Shown one piece after another: positions 1-9,034 of a DNA stretch of 64,000 bases. Positions within the stretch are counted from its first letter, which is position 1. Every line of letters begins with the position of its first letter. Origin of the DNA: Minisyncoccota bacterium (GTDB lineage Bacteria; Patescibacteriota; Minisyncoccia; Minisyncoccales; Minisyncoccaceae). The stretch is from assembly GCA_041657645.1 (NCBI GenBank), contig JBBABL010000001.1, positions 1,407 through 65,406 on the forward strand. The letters run 5' to 3'. A program made the translations under genes and the position numbers. The notes below the pieces were generated by a model. It did no database searches. It worked only from the letters and a program-made list of their open reading frames with translations, and was not told the origin of the DNA.

Positions 1-2
1 CT

Positions 3-1577
3 GCTGTATGTAGACATAGCGACCTAGAGCCAAAGAGTAGCTGTAGGTTATGCTTAGTTTCAATCAAAGGAATAAATGGATTTCATACTTCCTGTTCAAC
101 GTATGTTGAGAATGGAATGGAGGTAACAACCGATTCTCCAGAAATTAGAAAATTAAGAAAGATTAATTTAGAACTTTTGTTTTCTCAACACATAGAACAA
201 TGCAACCAATGTAATTGGAAATATAAATGTAGGCTTTTGTCTTTAGCAAAGGACTATAATATTAAAATAACAAAGTTTAATGACAGAAAGAAAGGTTTCC
301 CTGAAAAGAAATTCGGACCATCGATAGTTTTTGATAGCTCAAAGTGTATTGATTGTAAAAACTGTGTTCAGATGTGCCAAAAACAAGGAATAGGATATTT
401 AACGGTTAAAGAAAAAGATGGTTTTTTCCAAGTAGTCACGGATCCGAAAAAAGAGTGTGTCTATTGCGGACAGTGCATAACTCATTGTCCAAGCGGAGCC
501 TTTGAAGAAGTAAGTTCAGTTGAAGATGTTGAAAAAGAATTAAAGAATAATTATGTTGTCTTTCAGTTTGCGCCTGCGATTAGAAGTAGTATTGGTGAAG
601 AATTCGGAATGCCTTATGGCTCTATAACTACAGGCAAGCTTGCTGCTAGTATTAAAAAATTAGGAGCAAAGAAAGTTTTTGATGTGTCTGTAAGCGCAGA
701 TATAACTACAATTGAAGAAGGAGGTGAGTTAATTGAGAGATTAAGTAGTGGTAAAAATTTACCAATGTTTACTTCTTGTTGTCCTTCTTGGGTTAGGTAT
801 GTTGAAGTGTATAGACCAGAATTAGCAAAAAATTTAACATCAGTAAGATCGCCACATATAATTTTAGGAGGTTTAACAAAAACATATTTTGCAAATAAAG
901 AAAAAATTGATCCTAAAAAAATTATTGTAGTTTCTGTAATGCCGTGTACATCTAAAAAATATGAAATATTGAGAGAAGAATTAAAAGTAGATGGAATGAA
1001 GCCAGTAGACTATGTTTTAACAACTAGAGAATTAGGGAGATTGCTTAAGAAAAATAATATAGATTTCAGTAATATAAAAGATGAAGCTCTTGATCCTCCA
1101 TGGAATGAATCTACAGGGGCCGGAGTTATATATGGAAATACGGGAGGAGTAATGGAGTCCGCATTAAGAACTGTTTATGAAAAGTTAACAGGGAAAGAAT
1201 TAAAAAAACTTGATTTTAAAGAGGTGAGAGGGTTGGAAGGATCTAAAGAAGCAAAAGTTAAGATAGGAAATAGAGTAGTTAATGTCGCCATTATTAATGG
1301 TTTAGGAAATATTGGCAAAATAGATCTTAAAAAATATGACTATATTGAGGTTATGGCTTGTCCAGGTGGATGTATCGGTGGAGGAGGACAGCCAATTCCA
1401 GTAGATAATGAGATAAGGGAAAAAAGAGCTTTATCTTTGTACAAAATAGATAAAAATAATAAAATAAGAATGGCACATAAAAGTCCAATAGTCGAAATGA
1501 TATACAAAGACTTTTTAAATAATAAAAAAAATATACATAAAACTTGCCATACAAAATATTTTCCTAAAAATAAATAA
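3..1577 (+). CDS. hydA: [FeFe]-hydrogenase catalytic subunit-like protein, 5'-partial (runs off the window start)
   Basis: The frame stays open to the window edge, and the upstream residues AVCRHSDLEPKSSCRLCLV look like a 2Fe-2S N-domain. There are two ferredoxin-type Cys clusters (CIDCKNCVQMC, CVYCGQCITHCP). The H-cluster signatures FTSCCPSWV, MPCTSKKYE and EVMACPGGCIGGGGQP are present, followed by a small-subunit-like C-terminal tail. Confidence 0.8.
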   Translation, partial: AVCRHSDLEPKSSCRLCLVSIKGINGFHTSCSTYVENGMEVTTDSPEIRKLRKINLELLFSQHIEQCNQCNWKYKCRLLSLAKDYNIKITKFNDRKKGFPEKKFGPSIVFDSSKCIDCKNCVQMCQKQGIGYLTVKEKDGFFQVVTDPKKECVYCGQCITHCPSGAFEEVSSVEDVEKELKNNYVVFQFAPAIRSSIGEEFGMPYGSITTGKLAASIKKLGAKKVFDVSVSADITTIEEGGELIERLSSGKNLPMFTSCCPSWVRYVEVYRPELAKNLTSVRSPHIILGGLTKTYFANKEKIDPKKIIVVSVMPCTSKKYEILREELKVDGMKPVDYVLTTRELGRLLKKNNIDFSNIKDEALDPPWNESTGAGVIYGNTGGVMESALRTVYEKLTGKELKKLDFKEVRGLEGSKEAKVKIGNRVVNVAIINGLGNIGKIDLKKYDYIEVMACPGGCIGGGGQPIPVDNEIREKRALSLYKIDKNNKIRMAHKSPIVEMIYKDFLNNKKNIHKTCHTKYFPKNK

Positions 1578-1579
1578 TT

Positions 1580-2044
1580 ATGAATAAATCAATTTTAAAA
1601 ACATCAAGCTTAACAATAATTCAATTCGGAGCCCTTTTAGCAATTTTATTCTGTGCGCCATTCATAGGGAATCAACTTATAACAGGAACAATCGTTAATG
1701 CTACTTTAATTATATCCTTTTTCCTATTGGGGAGAGGGAGTGCGGTTCTACTTTGTTTCTTGCCAAGTGTAATTTCTTTAGGATTGGGATTTATGCCTTT
1801 AGCGATTATGATTCCTTTTATCATGGCCGGAAACATAATTTTTGTTTATTCTTTTAGTATAATCAAAAACTATTGGGTTGCCTTAATTGCCGGTGGGCTT
1901 ATCAAAGCATCATTTCTTTTTATAATGGCTAATGTTTTAGTTAATAATAGTGTTGTTTCGTCAATGATGAGTTGGCCTCAGGTTGTTACGGCTATACTAG
2001 GAGGAATTGTTGCTTATTTCTTTATTAAAAAATTGGATTTTTAG
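1580..2044 (+). CDS. Integral membrane protein, family not recognised
   Basis: This 154-aa ORF starts 3 nt after the hydrogenase stop. It has about five hydrophobic helices and no diagnostic motif. Confidence 0.6.
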   Translation: MNKSILKTSSLTIIQFGALLAILFCAPFIGNQLITGTIVNATLIISFFLLGRGSAVLLCFLPSVISLGLGFMPLAIMIPFIMAGNIIFVYSFSIIKNYWVALIAGGLIKASFLFIMANVLVNNSVVSSMMSWPQVVTAILGGIVAYFFIKKLDF

Positions 2045-2089
2045 TGATTTTTTGCTATAGTATTATTAATATAATAAATATATAAAATT

Positions 2090-2419
2090 ATGACATTTCA
2101 AGAATATCAAGAAGAAGCAAGGAAAACAGCCATTTATCCTAATAAGGATAGCAACTTCATCTACCCAACCCTTGGTTTAGTTGGAGAGGCAGGAGAAGTA
2201 GCTGAAAAGATTAAAAAAGTGATAAGAGATGATGATGGAGTCGTTTCAGAAGAAAAAAGGGCAGAAGTTACAAAAGAATTAGGAGATGTTCTATGGTATA
2301 TTGCTAATTTATCTAAAGAACTTAGCATCTCATTAGAAGAAGTTGCTTCTAAGAATATAGAAAAACTTCAATCAAGACAACAAAGAGGTGAGCTTCATGG
2401 AAGCGGAGATAATAGATAA
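2090..2419 (+). CDS. MazG-like all-alpha nucleoside triphosphate pyrophosphohydrolase
   Basis: The protein is 109 aa. It carries LGLVGEAGEVAEKIKK (an EXXE metal motif) and ELGDVLWYIANL, which are typical of small MazG-family NTP-PPases. Confidence 0.75.
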   Translation: MTFQEYQEEARKTAIYPNKDSNFIYPTLGLVGEAGEVAEKIKKVIRDDDGVVSEEKRAEVTKELGDVLWYIANLSKELSISLEEVASKNIEKLQSRQQRGELHGSGDNR

Positions 2420-2424
2420 AAAAT

Positions 2425-2697
2425 ATGAAAAACCTTTTTATAGTTAATGTTTTTGATAATTACGTTAAGAACGTCAGCGGTAATTGGTGGATAGTTTTTA
2501 TTACGGGATTAACAGCGATAGCTCTAGGGGTTTCATTTATAATTTGGCCAATAGAGGCTCTTAAAATACTTATTTACTTTATTGGATTAATTATTATTGT
2601 TATTGGGTTGTTTTATATAAAGAACAGTTTTAGAATCAAAAGAATAGGAAAGAATTATGAAAACCTTAAAGAAGACATCAAATCAAAATTCGAATAA
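2425..2697 (+). CDS. Small two-helix membrane protein (HdeD/DUF308-like)
   Basis: The protein is 90 aa with two long hydrophobic helices (WWIVFITGLTAIALGVSFIIWP and ILIYFIGLIIIVIGLFYI). Confidence 0.5.
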   Translation: MKNLFIVNVFDNYVKNVSGNWWIVFITGLTAIALGVSFIIWPIEALKILIYFIGLIIIVIGLFYIKNSFRIKRIGKNYENLKEDIKSKFE

Positions 2698-3517
2698 GAT
2701 TGATGTTATAAAATTTAATGGAGAGAGACAATCATTCTCCGCAAATAAAGTTTATAATTCTGCATTAAGAGCAGGAGCTTCTTTTTCTTTAGCCAAGGAA
2801 ATATCATTAGAGGTTGAAAAGGAGGCTTATGATGGTATTAAAACTTTAGAAATATTTAAAAAAATAAAAGAAAGACTTAGAAGTAAAGATATTCAACTAT
2901 CAATGAGGTTTAGTTTAAAAGAGGGAATAAGCAAGCTTGGACCCGAAGGATTTTTATTTGAAGAATTTATAATAAGATTACTTAGCAACTATTGCATGGA
3001 AGTTAAATCAGGAAAAATTGTTTCTGGGAAATGTTCTAAGTATGAAATAGATTTTTTAGCTGATAACAATGATTATTTATTTATTGGTGAATGTAAATAT
3101 AGAAATAAATCTAATTCAAAGATTGATATTAATGTTCCGTTAAAAAGCTTTGCTATTCTAGAAGATATAAAAGAGGGGAAATGTTTTAGAGACAAGAACT
3201 TAAAATCTTTCATTGTTACAAACTCTAAGTTTACCTTGGAAGCAATAAGGTACTCATTATGTAAAAATATTAAATTATTAGGATGGAAATATCCTGAAAA
3301 AAGAGGTCTTGAGAGAATAATCGAAGAAAAGAAGCTTTATCCTGTTACTATTCTTCCATCATTAACAAAATATATTTTTAATATTTTTGAAAAAGAAGGG
3401 ATTGTTCTTGCTTCAGAAGTTTTAGATATGAATATATCTAAGCTGTCAAAATTAGCCCCTAAAAAAAAGTTAGAGAAGATAAGAGAAGAGGCACAAATTT
3501 TAATAAATAAAAAATAA
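2657..3517 (+). CDS. ATP-cone domain fused to an Mrr/PD-(D/E)xK restriction-endonuclease-like domain
   Basis: The N-terminus (IDVIKFNGERQSFSANKVYNSALRAG...IKTLEIFKKIKERL) matches the ATP-cone pattern. The C-terminal half has IDFLAD...FIGECKYRN, which is a D...ExK nuclease core. The start overlaps the upstream ORF by 41 nt, so it is uncertain. Confidence 0.7.
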   Translation: MKTLKKTSNQNSNKIDVIKFNGERQSFSANKVYNSALRAGASFSLAKEISLEVEKEAYDGIKTLEIFKKIKERLRSKDIQLSMRFSLKEGISKLGPEGFLFEEFIIRLLSNYCMEVKSGKIVSGKCSKYEIDFLADNNDYLFIGECKYRNKSNSKIDINVPLKSFAILEDIKEGKCFRDKNLKSFIVTNSKFTLEAIRYSLCKNIKLLGWKYPEKRGLERIIEEKKLYPVTILPSLTKYIFNIFEKEGIVLASEVLDMNISKLSKLAPKKKLEKIREEAQILINKK

Positions 3518-4572
3518 TGGCATTACAAATAGGAATTGTTGGATTTCCAAATGTGGGAAAATCAACATTATTTCAACTAATTACACAGAAGCAAGTAGAT
3601 ATAGCTAATTATCCTTTCTGCACAATTGATCCAAACGTTGGAGTAACTTGTGTTCCTGATAAAAGAGTAGATGATTTAACTAAACTTACAAGCTCTCTTA
3701 AAAAAATATATGCTACAGTTGAATTTGTAGATATCGCGGGATTAGTTGAGGGAGCTAGTAAGGGTGAAGGATTGGGAAATAAATTTCTTGCAAATATCAG
3801 AGAAACTGATGCGATAATTTATGTTTTACGCTGTTTTAAAAATGAAAATGTTATCAAAACAAGAGATGATACAGATATACTAAGAGATAAAGAAATTTTA
3901 GATATGGAAATGATTTTGAAGGACATTGAAACAGTAGAAAAAAGAATGTCTTCATTAGAAAGAGAAATAAGAGTAGGAAAAAAAGAGGCTGTAAAAGAGA
4001 TGGACGTTTTAAAAAAAGTTTACGAGGCATTAAAAGATAGTAAATTAATTTCAGAAATGTCATTAAGCGATGAAGAAGAAATTATTGTTAAAAGTTATCA
4101 ATTGCTATCATCCAAACCAAGATTATATTTATTGAACGGAGAAGAAAGAGATGTAGACTCTAATGTTTTAGAATTTTTTAAAGATAAACATCATATCTTC
4201 ATGGATGTTTTAACAGAGTCAGAAAGTAATTCCCTAACAGATGAAGAAAGAGAAGATTTAGGAATAGAACTTAAGATGGATAAATTAATTAAAGAGGCTT
4301 ATAATCTATTAGGATTAATTAATTTCTTTACAACTGGAGCTGATGAGACAAGAGCATGGACAATTAAAGATGGTTTTAAGGCCCCTCAAGCAGGCGGAGT
4401 AATTCACAGTGATTTCGAAGAAACATTTATAAAGGCAGAAGTTATTAATTGGCAAGATTTAATAGATTGCGGTGGTTTTGCGAAAGCAAGAGAAAAAGGA
4501 ATGATTAGAACGGAAGGAAAAGAATACGTCGTTAAAGATGGTGACGTTATTGAAATTAAAAGTGGTAAATAA
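3517..4572 (+). CDS. ychF: Ribosome-binding ATPase YchF
   Basis: It has the GIVGFPNVGKSTLF P-loop, FCTIDPN, DIAGLVEGAS, and a C-terminal TGS-like tail ending in VKDGDVIEI. Confidence 0.9.
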   Translation: MALQIGIVGFPNVGKSTLFQLITQKQVDIANYPFCTIDPNVGVTCVPDKRVDDLTKLTSSLKKIYATVEFVDIAGLVEGASKGEGLGNKFLANIRETDAIIYVLRCFKNENVIKTRDDTDILRDKEILDMEMILKDIETVEKRMSSLEREIRVGKKEAVKEMDVLKKVYEALKDSKLISEMSLSDEEEIIVKSYQLLSSKPRLYLLNGEERDVDSNVLEFFKDKHHIFMDVLTESESNSLTDEEREDLGIELKMDKLIKEAYNLLGLINFFTTGADETRAWTIKDGFKAPQAGGVIHSDFEETFIKAEVINWQDLIDCGGFAKAREKGMIRTEGKEYVVKDGDVIEIKSGK

Positions 4573-4573
4573 T

Positions 4574-5785
4574 ATGAAATACGATGTTGTTATAATTGGA
4601 GGAGGTCCTGCGGGAATGATGGCTGCAATCAGTGCATCTTCTTTGGGCGCAAAAGTAATTCTTATAGAGAAGAATAAAAAATTAGGTAATAAACTTTTAC
4701 TAACAGGGGGAGGAAGATGCAACTTAACATGTATTACAGAAAACAATAGAGAATTTTCTCAAAAGTTTGGAAAAAATGGTAATTTTTTAATGTCTCCATT
4801 GTCTGTTTTTAACTTTGACAATACTCTTGAGTTTTTTGAAAAGTTAGAATTAAAAAAAGAAGGAAGCAAGGTTTATCCTCTTAGCAATAAAGCAAAAGAT
4901 GTTTTAGCTTTTTTAAATGATTTACTTAAAAAGAATAAAGTTAAAATGTTAACTTCTTCTTCCGTCAATAAATTCAATATTAATGAAAATAAAATAGAGG
5001 GAGTTGTTTTAGATGATGGAAAAGTAATAGAGGGGGATTCATATATTATCTGTACTGGCGGAAAGTCATATCCGACCACGGGATCATCAGGAGACGCTTT
5101 TGATTGGAATATTGGACACACTGTAACAGAATTAAATCCTTCTTTAACTCCAGTCGAAATACAAGAAAAATGGATTAAATCTCTTCAAGGAATTTCTCTA
5201 AATGATATCGGTCTTTCTGTTAATGAAAAAAAACATAATGGAGAAATTTTATTTACCCATTTTGGATTTAGTGGACCATTAATTTTAGATATAAGTAAAG
5301 AAATTGGAGAAAAACTTAAAGAAGGGAAAGTTAAGTTATATTTAGATCTTTTTCCAGGAATGACATTGGAGGATCTTAATATCCATTTTCAAAAATCAGT
5401 TAATAAAAATAGGTTAGTTTTAAAATACTTATCAACTATTATTCCTGAAAAATTAGTTCATTTTATTATTAACTTTAGTAGCGTTCCAAAATCAAGAAGA
5501 TTAAATAATTTAACCAAAGAAGAAAGATTAAGATTGATTAAGGTTCTTAAGAAAATAGAATTTAATGTGGTGGGATTATTAGGATTCGATAAAGCAATGA
5601 TTACTTCGGGAGGATTTTCTTTAAAAGAAATTGATTCAAAAAATATGAAGTCTAAAATTATTGATAATTTATATTTTGCTGGTGAGGCAATAGATGTTGA
5701 TGGTCCATCAGGCGGATACAACCTTCAAGTCTGTTGGACTACTGGTTATGTTGCTGGCATAAATTCAGTCAAAAAAAATGATTAA
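4574..5785 (+). CDS. HI0933/YhiN-family FAD-dependent oxidoreductase
   Basis: It has an N-terminal YDVVIIGGGPAGMMAA dinucleotide-binding fold, LLLTGGGRCN, and C-terminal LYFAGEAIDVDGPSGGYNLQ. I chose the ATG at 4574 because it follows the ychF stop. Confidence 0.8.
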   Translation: MKYDVVIIGGGPAGMMAAISASSLGAKVILIEKNKKLGNKLLLTGGGRCNLTCITENNREFSQKFGKNGNFLMSPLSVFNFDNTLEFFEKLELKKEGSKVYPLSNKAKDVLAFLNDLLKKNKVKMLTSSSVNKFNINENKIEGVVLDDGKVIEGDSYIICTGGKSYPTTGSSGDAFDWNIGHTVTELNPSLTPVEIQEKWIKSLQGISLNDIGLSVNEKKHNGEILFTHFGFSGPLILDISKEIGEKLKEGKVKLYLDLFPGMTLEDLNIHFQKSVNKNRLVLKYLSTIIPEKLVHFIINFSSVPKSRRLNNLTKEERLRLIKVLKKIEFNVVGLLGFDKAMITSGGFSLKEIDSKNMKSKIIDNLYFAGEAIDVDGPSGGYNLQVCWTTGYVAGINSVKKND

Positions 5786-7436
5786 CTATATATTTTATTT
5801 TTTTATTTCATTATTACCTATATTCTCTGTATTTGGTTTTAATACAGCATATTTAATTTTATTTGCTTTTTCCCTTTTACTATTACATATATTTAAACCT
5901 CAGAAAATTACATATAGTAAAATTCAAATTATTAGTTTATTATTTCTAGTTTTAATTTCTCTATCAACATTATTTTCAAAAAATATTTTTCTAAGTTTTT
6001 GGGGCAAAGGAGGAGAAAGTTTAGTCGCTCTCCTATCTATATTTATAATATTTTCCTTTGCTAGGTTAATTAAAAAAGAAGATATATATAAAATTATTAA
6101 ATTTTTATTCATTGGAATATTTTTTTCTATATTATTATTCCTTATAAAGGGAGGAAACTCTGAAGTATTGGCGATTATTTGTTCCTTATCATTAATGATT
6201 ATTCCTTATTTTAAAAATAGAAAAATCGCTATCATCACTTCTTTAATATTATTTTCCTTTTTAATTTTTATTAATATTAAAATTACTTGGTTTATTGTTA
6301 TATTAGGAACACTATTTTATGTATGGAGGATAATTGCAAACCCTAAAATTAAAGATAAAAAGTTTATTGGACTAATTGCCATCTTTTTAGTTTCATTAGT
6401 GCTTTTTAATTTTTCCCAACCATTAAAAGAAAACATTCTTCCTTATAATTATAGTTTCTTAATTGCTCAGGGAAGTTTATTAGAAAGTCCTAAGAATTTT
6501 CTAATTGGTTCTGGATTATCAACTTATAATTATCAATTTTCTTTATATAAAGATAAGGAAATTAATTTAACTAATCCATATATAGTTTTTGAAGAGGGGT
6601 CAAATATGATTCTTACTTTTGTAGTTACAATAGGACTGCTTGGGGTAATTTCTTTGCTATCTTTATTCTTCATATTTTATCGTAAGGGATTTAGTGATTT
6701 TCCTAAAAAAGATAATTTTATTTTTCCTATATTATTTTGTTTGTCGCTCCTATTTATTTTTTATAAAATAAATTTACTATTAATACTCCTATTTTTTATA
6801 TTTTTAGCTTTTTGGGATGAAAAAGGAAAAGAAATTAAATTTAATAAATTATTATTTTTACCACTTATTGTAGCGTTTATTCTAATTATTTTTAATCATT
6901 TTAACTATTTAGAAGCTGAGAATTATTATAATAAAGCGGTTAATTACTTTAATAACGAAGAACCTTTGACTAAGTCTATAACCGAAGCGCAAAAAGCAGT
7001 TCAAAAGTTTAACTTGAGCGAGTATAATATGTTTATATCTAAATTATATTTATTAAAAGCAAGTTCATATTTTGAAGAAAGATGGGTGACTCAGGAGAAG
7101 ATAAATGAGCAGAATAAATTAATTGAAGAAAATGTTTTATTATCAGAAAAGCATGCAAAACAAGCAGTAGATGTAGATGGCAATAATTTTCAAACATGGC
7201 AAAAATTAGGATTTCTTTACGAAAACATTAATTTTTTAATCGATGATAAAACAGAGGAAATTTTAACTATATATGAGAAAGCAAAAAAACTAGCCCCTCA
7301 AAATTATGAAATATATTTTTCTATAGCTAGGGTTCTTGAAGAAGAAGGAAAAACCGAAGAAGCTATGGAAGAATACAGGAAAGCTTTTGATTTGAATCCT
7401 AATGATGAAAAATTAATTAAAAAAATTAGCGAATGA
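5778..7436 (+). CDS. Polytopic O-antigen-ligase/polymerase-like membrane protein with a C-terminal TPR region
   Basis: The first roughly 370 aa contain more than 10 hydrophobic helices. The C-terminal roughly 170 aa are soluble and repeat-like (AEENYYNKAVNYF..., YEKAKKLAPQNYEIYFSIARVLEEEGKTEEAMEEYRKAFDLNP). Confidence 0.6.
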   Translation: MINYIFYFFISLLPIFSVFGFNTAYLILFAFSLLLLHIFKPQKITYSKIQIISLLFLVLISLSTLFSKNIFLSFWGKGGESLVALLSIFIIFSFARLIKKEDIYKIIKFLFIGIFFSILLFLIKGGNSEVLAIICSLSLMIIPYFKNRKIAIITSLILFSFLIFINIKITWFIVILGTLFYVWRIIANPKIKDKKFIGLIAIFLVSLVLFNFSQPLKENILPYNYSFLIAQGSLLESPKNFLIGSGLSTYNYQFSLYKDKEINLTNPYIVFEEGSNMILTFVVTIGLLGVISLLSLFFIFYRKGFSDFPKKDNFIFPILFCLSLLFIFYKINLLLILLFFIFLAFWDEKGKEIKFNKLLFLPLIVAFILIIFNHFNYLEAENYYNKAVNYFNNEEPLTKSITEAQKAVQKFNLSEYNMFISKLYLLKASSYFEERWVTQEKINEQNKLIEENVLLSEKHAKQAVDVDGNNFQTWQKLGFLYENINFLIDDKTEEILTIYEKAKKLAPQNYEIYFSIARVLEEEGKTEEAMEEYRKAFDLNPNDEKLIKKISE

Positions 7437-8332
7437 TTATAGAAGAATTAAGAAATGAGTTTCCATTAATAAAAGAAGAAATTTCTTTAAAAGAATATAC
7501 TACTTTTAGAATTGGTGGGAATGCAAAATATTTATTAAAAGTATCTGATATAAAAGAATTAAAAAGAATAGTAGAAAAAGCTAACAAACTTAAAATTCCT
7601 TTTTTAGTTATTGGAGGCGGAAGCAATATTCTTTTTTCAAACAAAGGATATGATGGACTTATTATCGTCTACAAACAAAACAAAGTAATTGATCCGATAA
7701 TAAATAAGAATAATCTAATTGATGTTTGTGCAAATATTCCTCTTTCAGCTCTAATTTCTAAGCTTAAAGGTCTTTCTGGTCTTGAATGGGCGGTAGGTAT
7801 TCCTGGAACACTAGCAGGAGCTATAAATGGAAATGCAGGAGCCTTTGGAGAATCAATTTCTGACTCTATAGAAAGCGTTAATGTTTTAGAACTAAAAGAC
7901 AACGATTTTATTGAAAAAAAATACAATAAAAATGATTGTCAGTTTTCTTATAGAAACAGTGTTTTTAAGAATAACCAAAACTTAATTATAGTTTCTGCTA
8001 CGCTTAGAATGAATAATGATATTCCAGAAGAAATAGAAAAAAGAATTAAAGATAATTTAAATAAAAGAAATTTAAAACAGCCGAAAGGTTTTTCTGCAGG
8101 CTCAGTTTTTAAAAATGGAGATGGATTTTCTGCAGGGGCGTTGATTGAAAAGGCTGGGCTTAAAGGATTACAAATTGGAGATGCAAAAGTATCTGAAGAA
8201 CACGCTAATTTTATAATAAACTTAGGAAATGCTTCCTCTGAAGATGTTATAAATTTAATAAATATTATCAAAAAAGAAGTTAAAGAAAAATTTTTAATTG
8301 AGCTTGAAGAAGAAATTAAAATTTTTAATTAA
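7433..8332 (+). CDS. murB: UDP-N-acetylenolpyruvoylglucosamine reductase
   Basis: It has TTFRIGGNAKY, VIGGGSNILF and GSVFKN motifs. The ATGA start overlaps the previous gene's stop. Confidence 0.9.
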   Translation: MIIEELRNEFPLIKEEISLKEYTTFRIGGNAKYLLKVSDIKELKRIVEKANKLKIPFLVIGGGSNILFSNKGYDGLIIVYKQNKVIDPIINKNNLIDVCANIPLSALISKLKGLSGLEWAVGIPGTLAGAINGNAGAFGESISDSIESVNVLELKDNDFIEKKYNKNDCQFSYRNSVFKNNQNLIIVSATLRMNNDIPEEIEKRIKDNLNKRNLKQPKGFSAGSVFKNGDGFSAGALIEKAGLKGLQIGDAKVSEEHANFIINLGNASSEDVINLINIIKKEVKEKFLIELEEEIKIFN

Positions 8333-8338
8333 AAACTA

Positions 8339-8373
8339 TTGACAAATTATTCAATAAGAGAGAAAATATAAAT
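8339..8373 (+). promoter_or_regulatory. Putative sigma70-type promoter for the Lys/Ala-rich protein gene
   Basis: A TTGACA lies at 8339-8344. Candidate -10 elements are GAAAAT after a 17-nt spacer, or TATAAAT slightly further downstream. Confidence 0.35.
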
Positions 8374-8434
8374 AGGAATTTGATTTTTGTAATAGGGAAA
8401 GGTCGATTAATTAAGTTTAACTTTTCTAAAAAAA

Positions 8435-8623
8435 ATGGCGGTAAAAAAAGCTGCAGTAAAAAAGGCTCCTGTTAAAAAGAAGCCTGCAAAGAAAGTAGCA
8501 AAGAAGCCTGTAAAGAAAGTTGCTGCAAAAAAAGTTGCAAAGAAGCCTGTAAAGAAAGTTGCAAAAAAGAAAGTAGCAAAGAAGGCTCCTGCAAAAAAGA
8601 AAGTAGCAAAGAAAAAGAAATAA
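8435..8623 (+). CDS. Histone-H1-like Lys/Ala/Pro-repeat DNA-binding protein
   Basis: The 62-aa protein is almost entirely K, A, V and P (KKVAKKPVKKVA units). A 26-nt exact DNA repeat occurs at 8498-8523 and 8537-8562, giving a 39-nt period. Confidence 0.7.
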   Translation: MAVKKAAVKKAPVKKKPAKKVAKKPVKKVAAKKVAKKPVKKVAKKKVAKKAPAKKKVAKKKK

Positions 8624-8634
8624 TTTTCACTAAA

Positions 8635-8656
8635 GCAACTCCATCAGAGTTGTTTT
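8635..8656 (+). terminator. Probable intrinsic terminator
   Basis: The stem is GCAACTC/GAGTTGT, the loop is CATCA, and the hairpin is followed by TTT. Confidence 0.4.
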
Positions 8657-8673
8657 AGTTATAAAGAAAACAT

Positions 8674-9003
8674 ATGGAAATAAAAATAAAAACAACAAAC
8701 GTAGAAGTAACAGAATATTTAAAAAAACTTGTAAATAGTAAGGCGAAAAAAATAGAGAAATTATTAGTGGATTATCCAGGATTAATTCTTGAAGTTGAAT
8801 TAGAAAGAACAACGAAGCATCATCAAAAGGGAGATATTTTTAGGTCAGAGCTACAGATTCAAGTTCCTAAAGGAAAACTATTAAGAGCTGTTTCAAAGAA
8901 AGAAAATTTTCGCTTATCCCTCTCGGAAGCCGAAAAAGATTTAGTAATTCAAATTAAAAAATATAAAGATAAGAGTAATCTTGAAATACGAAGAAAGCTT
9001 TGA
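8674..9003 (+). CDS. hpf: Ribosome hibernation promoting factor / RaiA family
   Basis: The protein is 109 aa. It has the IKTTNVEVTEYLKKLVNSKAKKIEKLL start and the HHQKGDIFRSELQIQVP core typical of the sigma54-modulation/HPF family. Confidence 0.8.
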   Translation: MEIKIKTTNVEVTEYLKKLVNSKAKKIEKLLVDYPGLILEVELERTTKHHQKGDIFRSELQIQVPKGKLLRAVSKKENFRLSLSEAEKDLVIQIKKYKDKSNLEIRRKL

Positions 9004-9034
9004 CCTTTTTCCTTTATTGAGATAGTATGGATTT

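Noticed and set aside
7433-7436. An alternative genetic code with UGA recoded, as in some candidate-phylum lineages.
   Set aside because: TGA clearly terminates conserved genes at the expected length, for example at 7434-7436, 32358-32360, 33943-33945 and 62980-62982. No conserved gene shows in-frame TGA interruptions.
8435-8623. The Lys/Ala-rich region as a non-coding simple repeat.
   Set aside because: The frame is open from an ATG, and a promoter-like TTGACA and a downstream hairpin are present. The repeat period (39 nt) is a multiple of three, and the amino-acid repeat is more regular than the DNA repeat.
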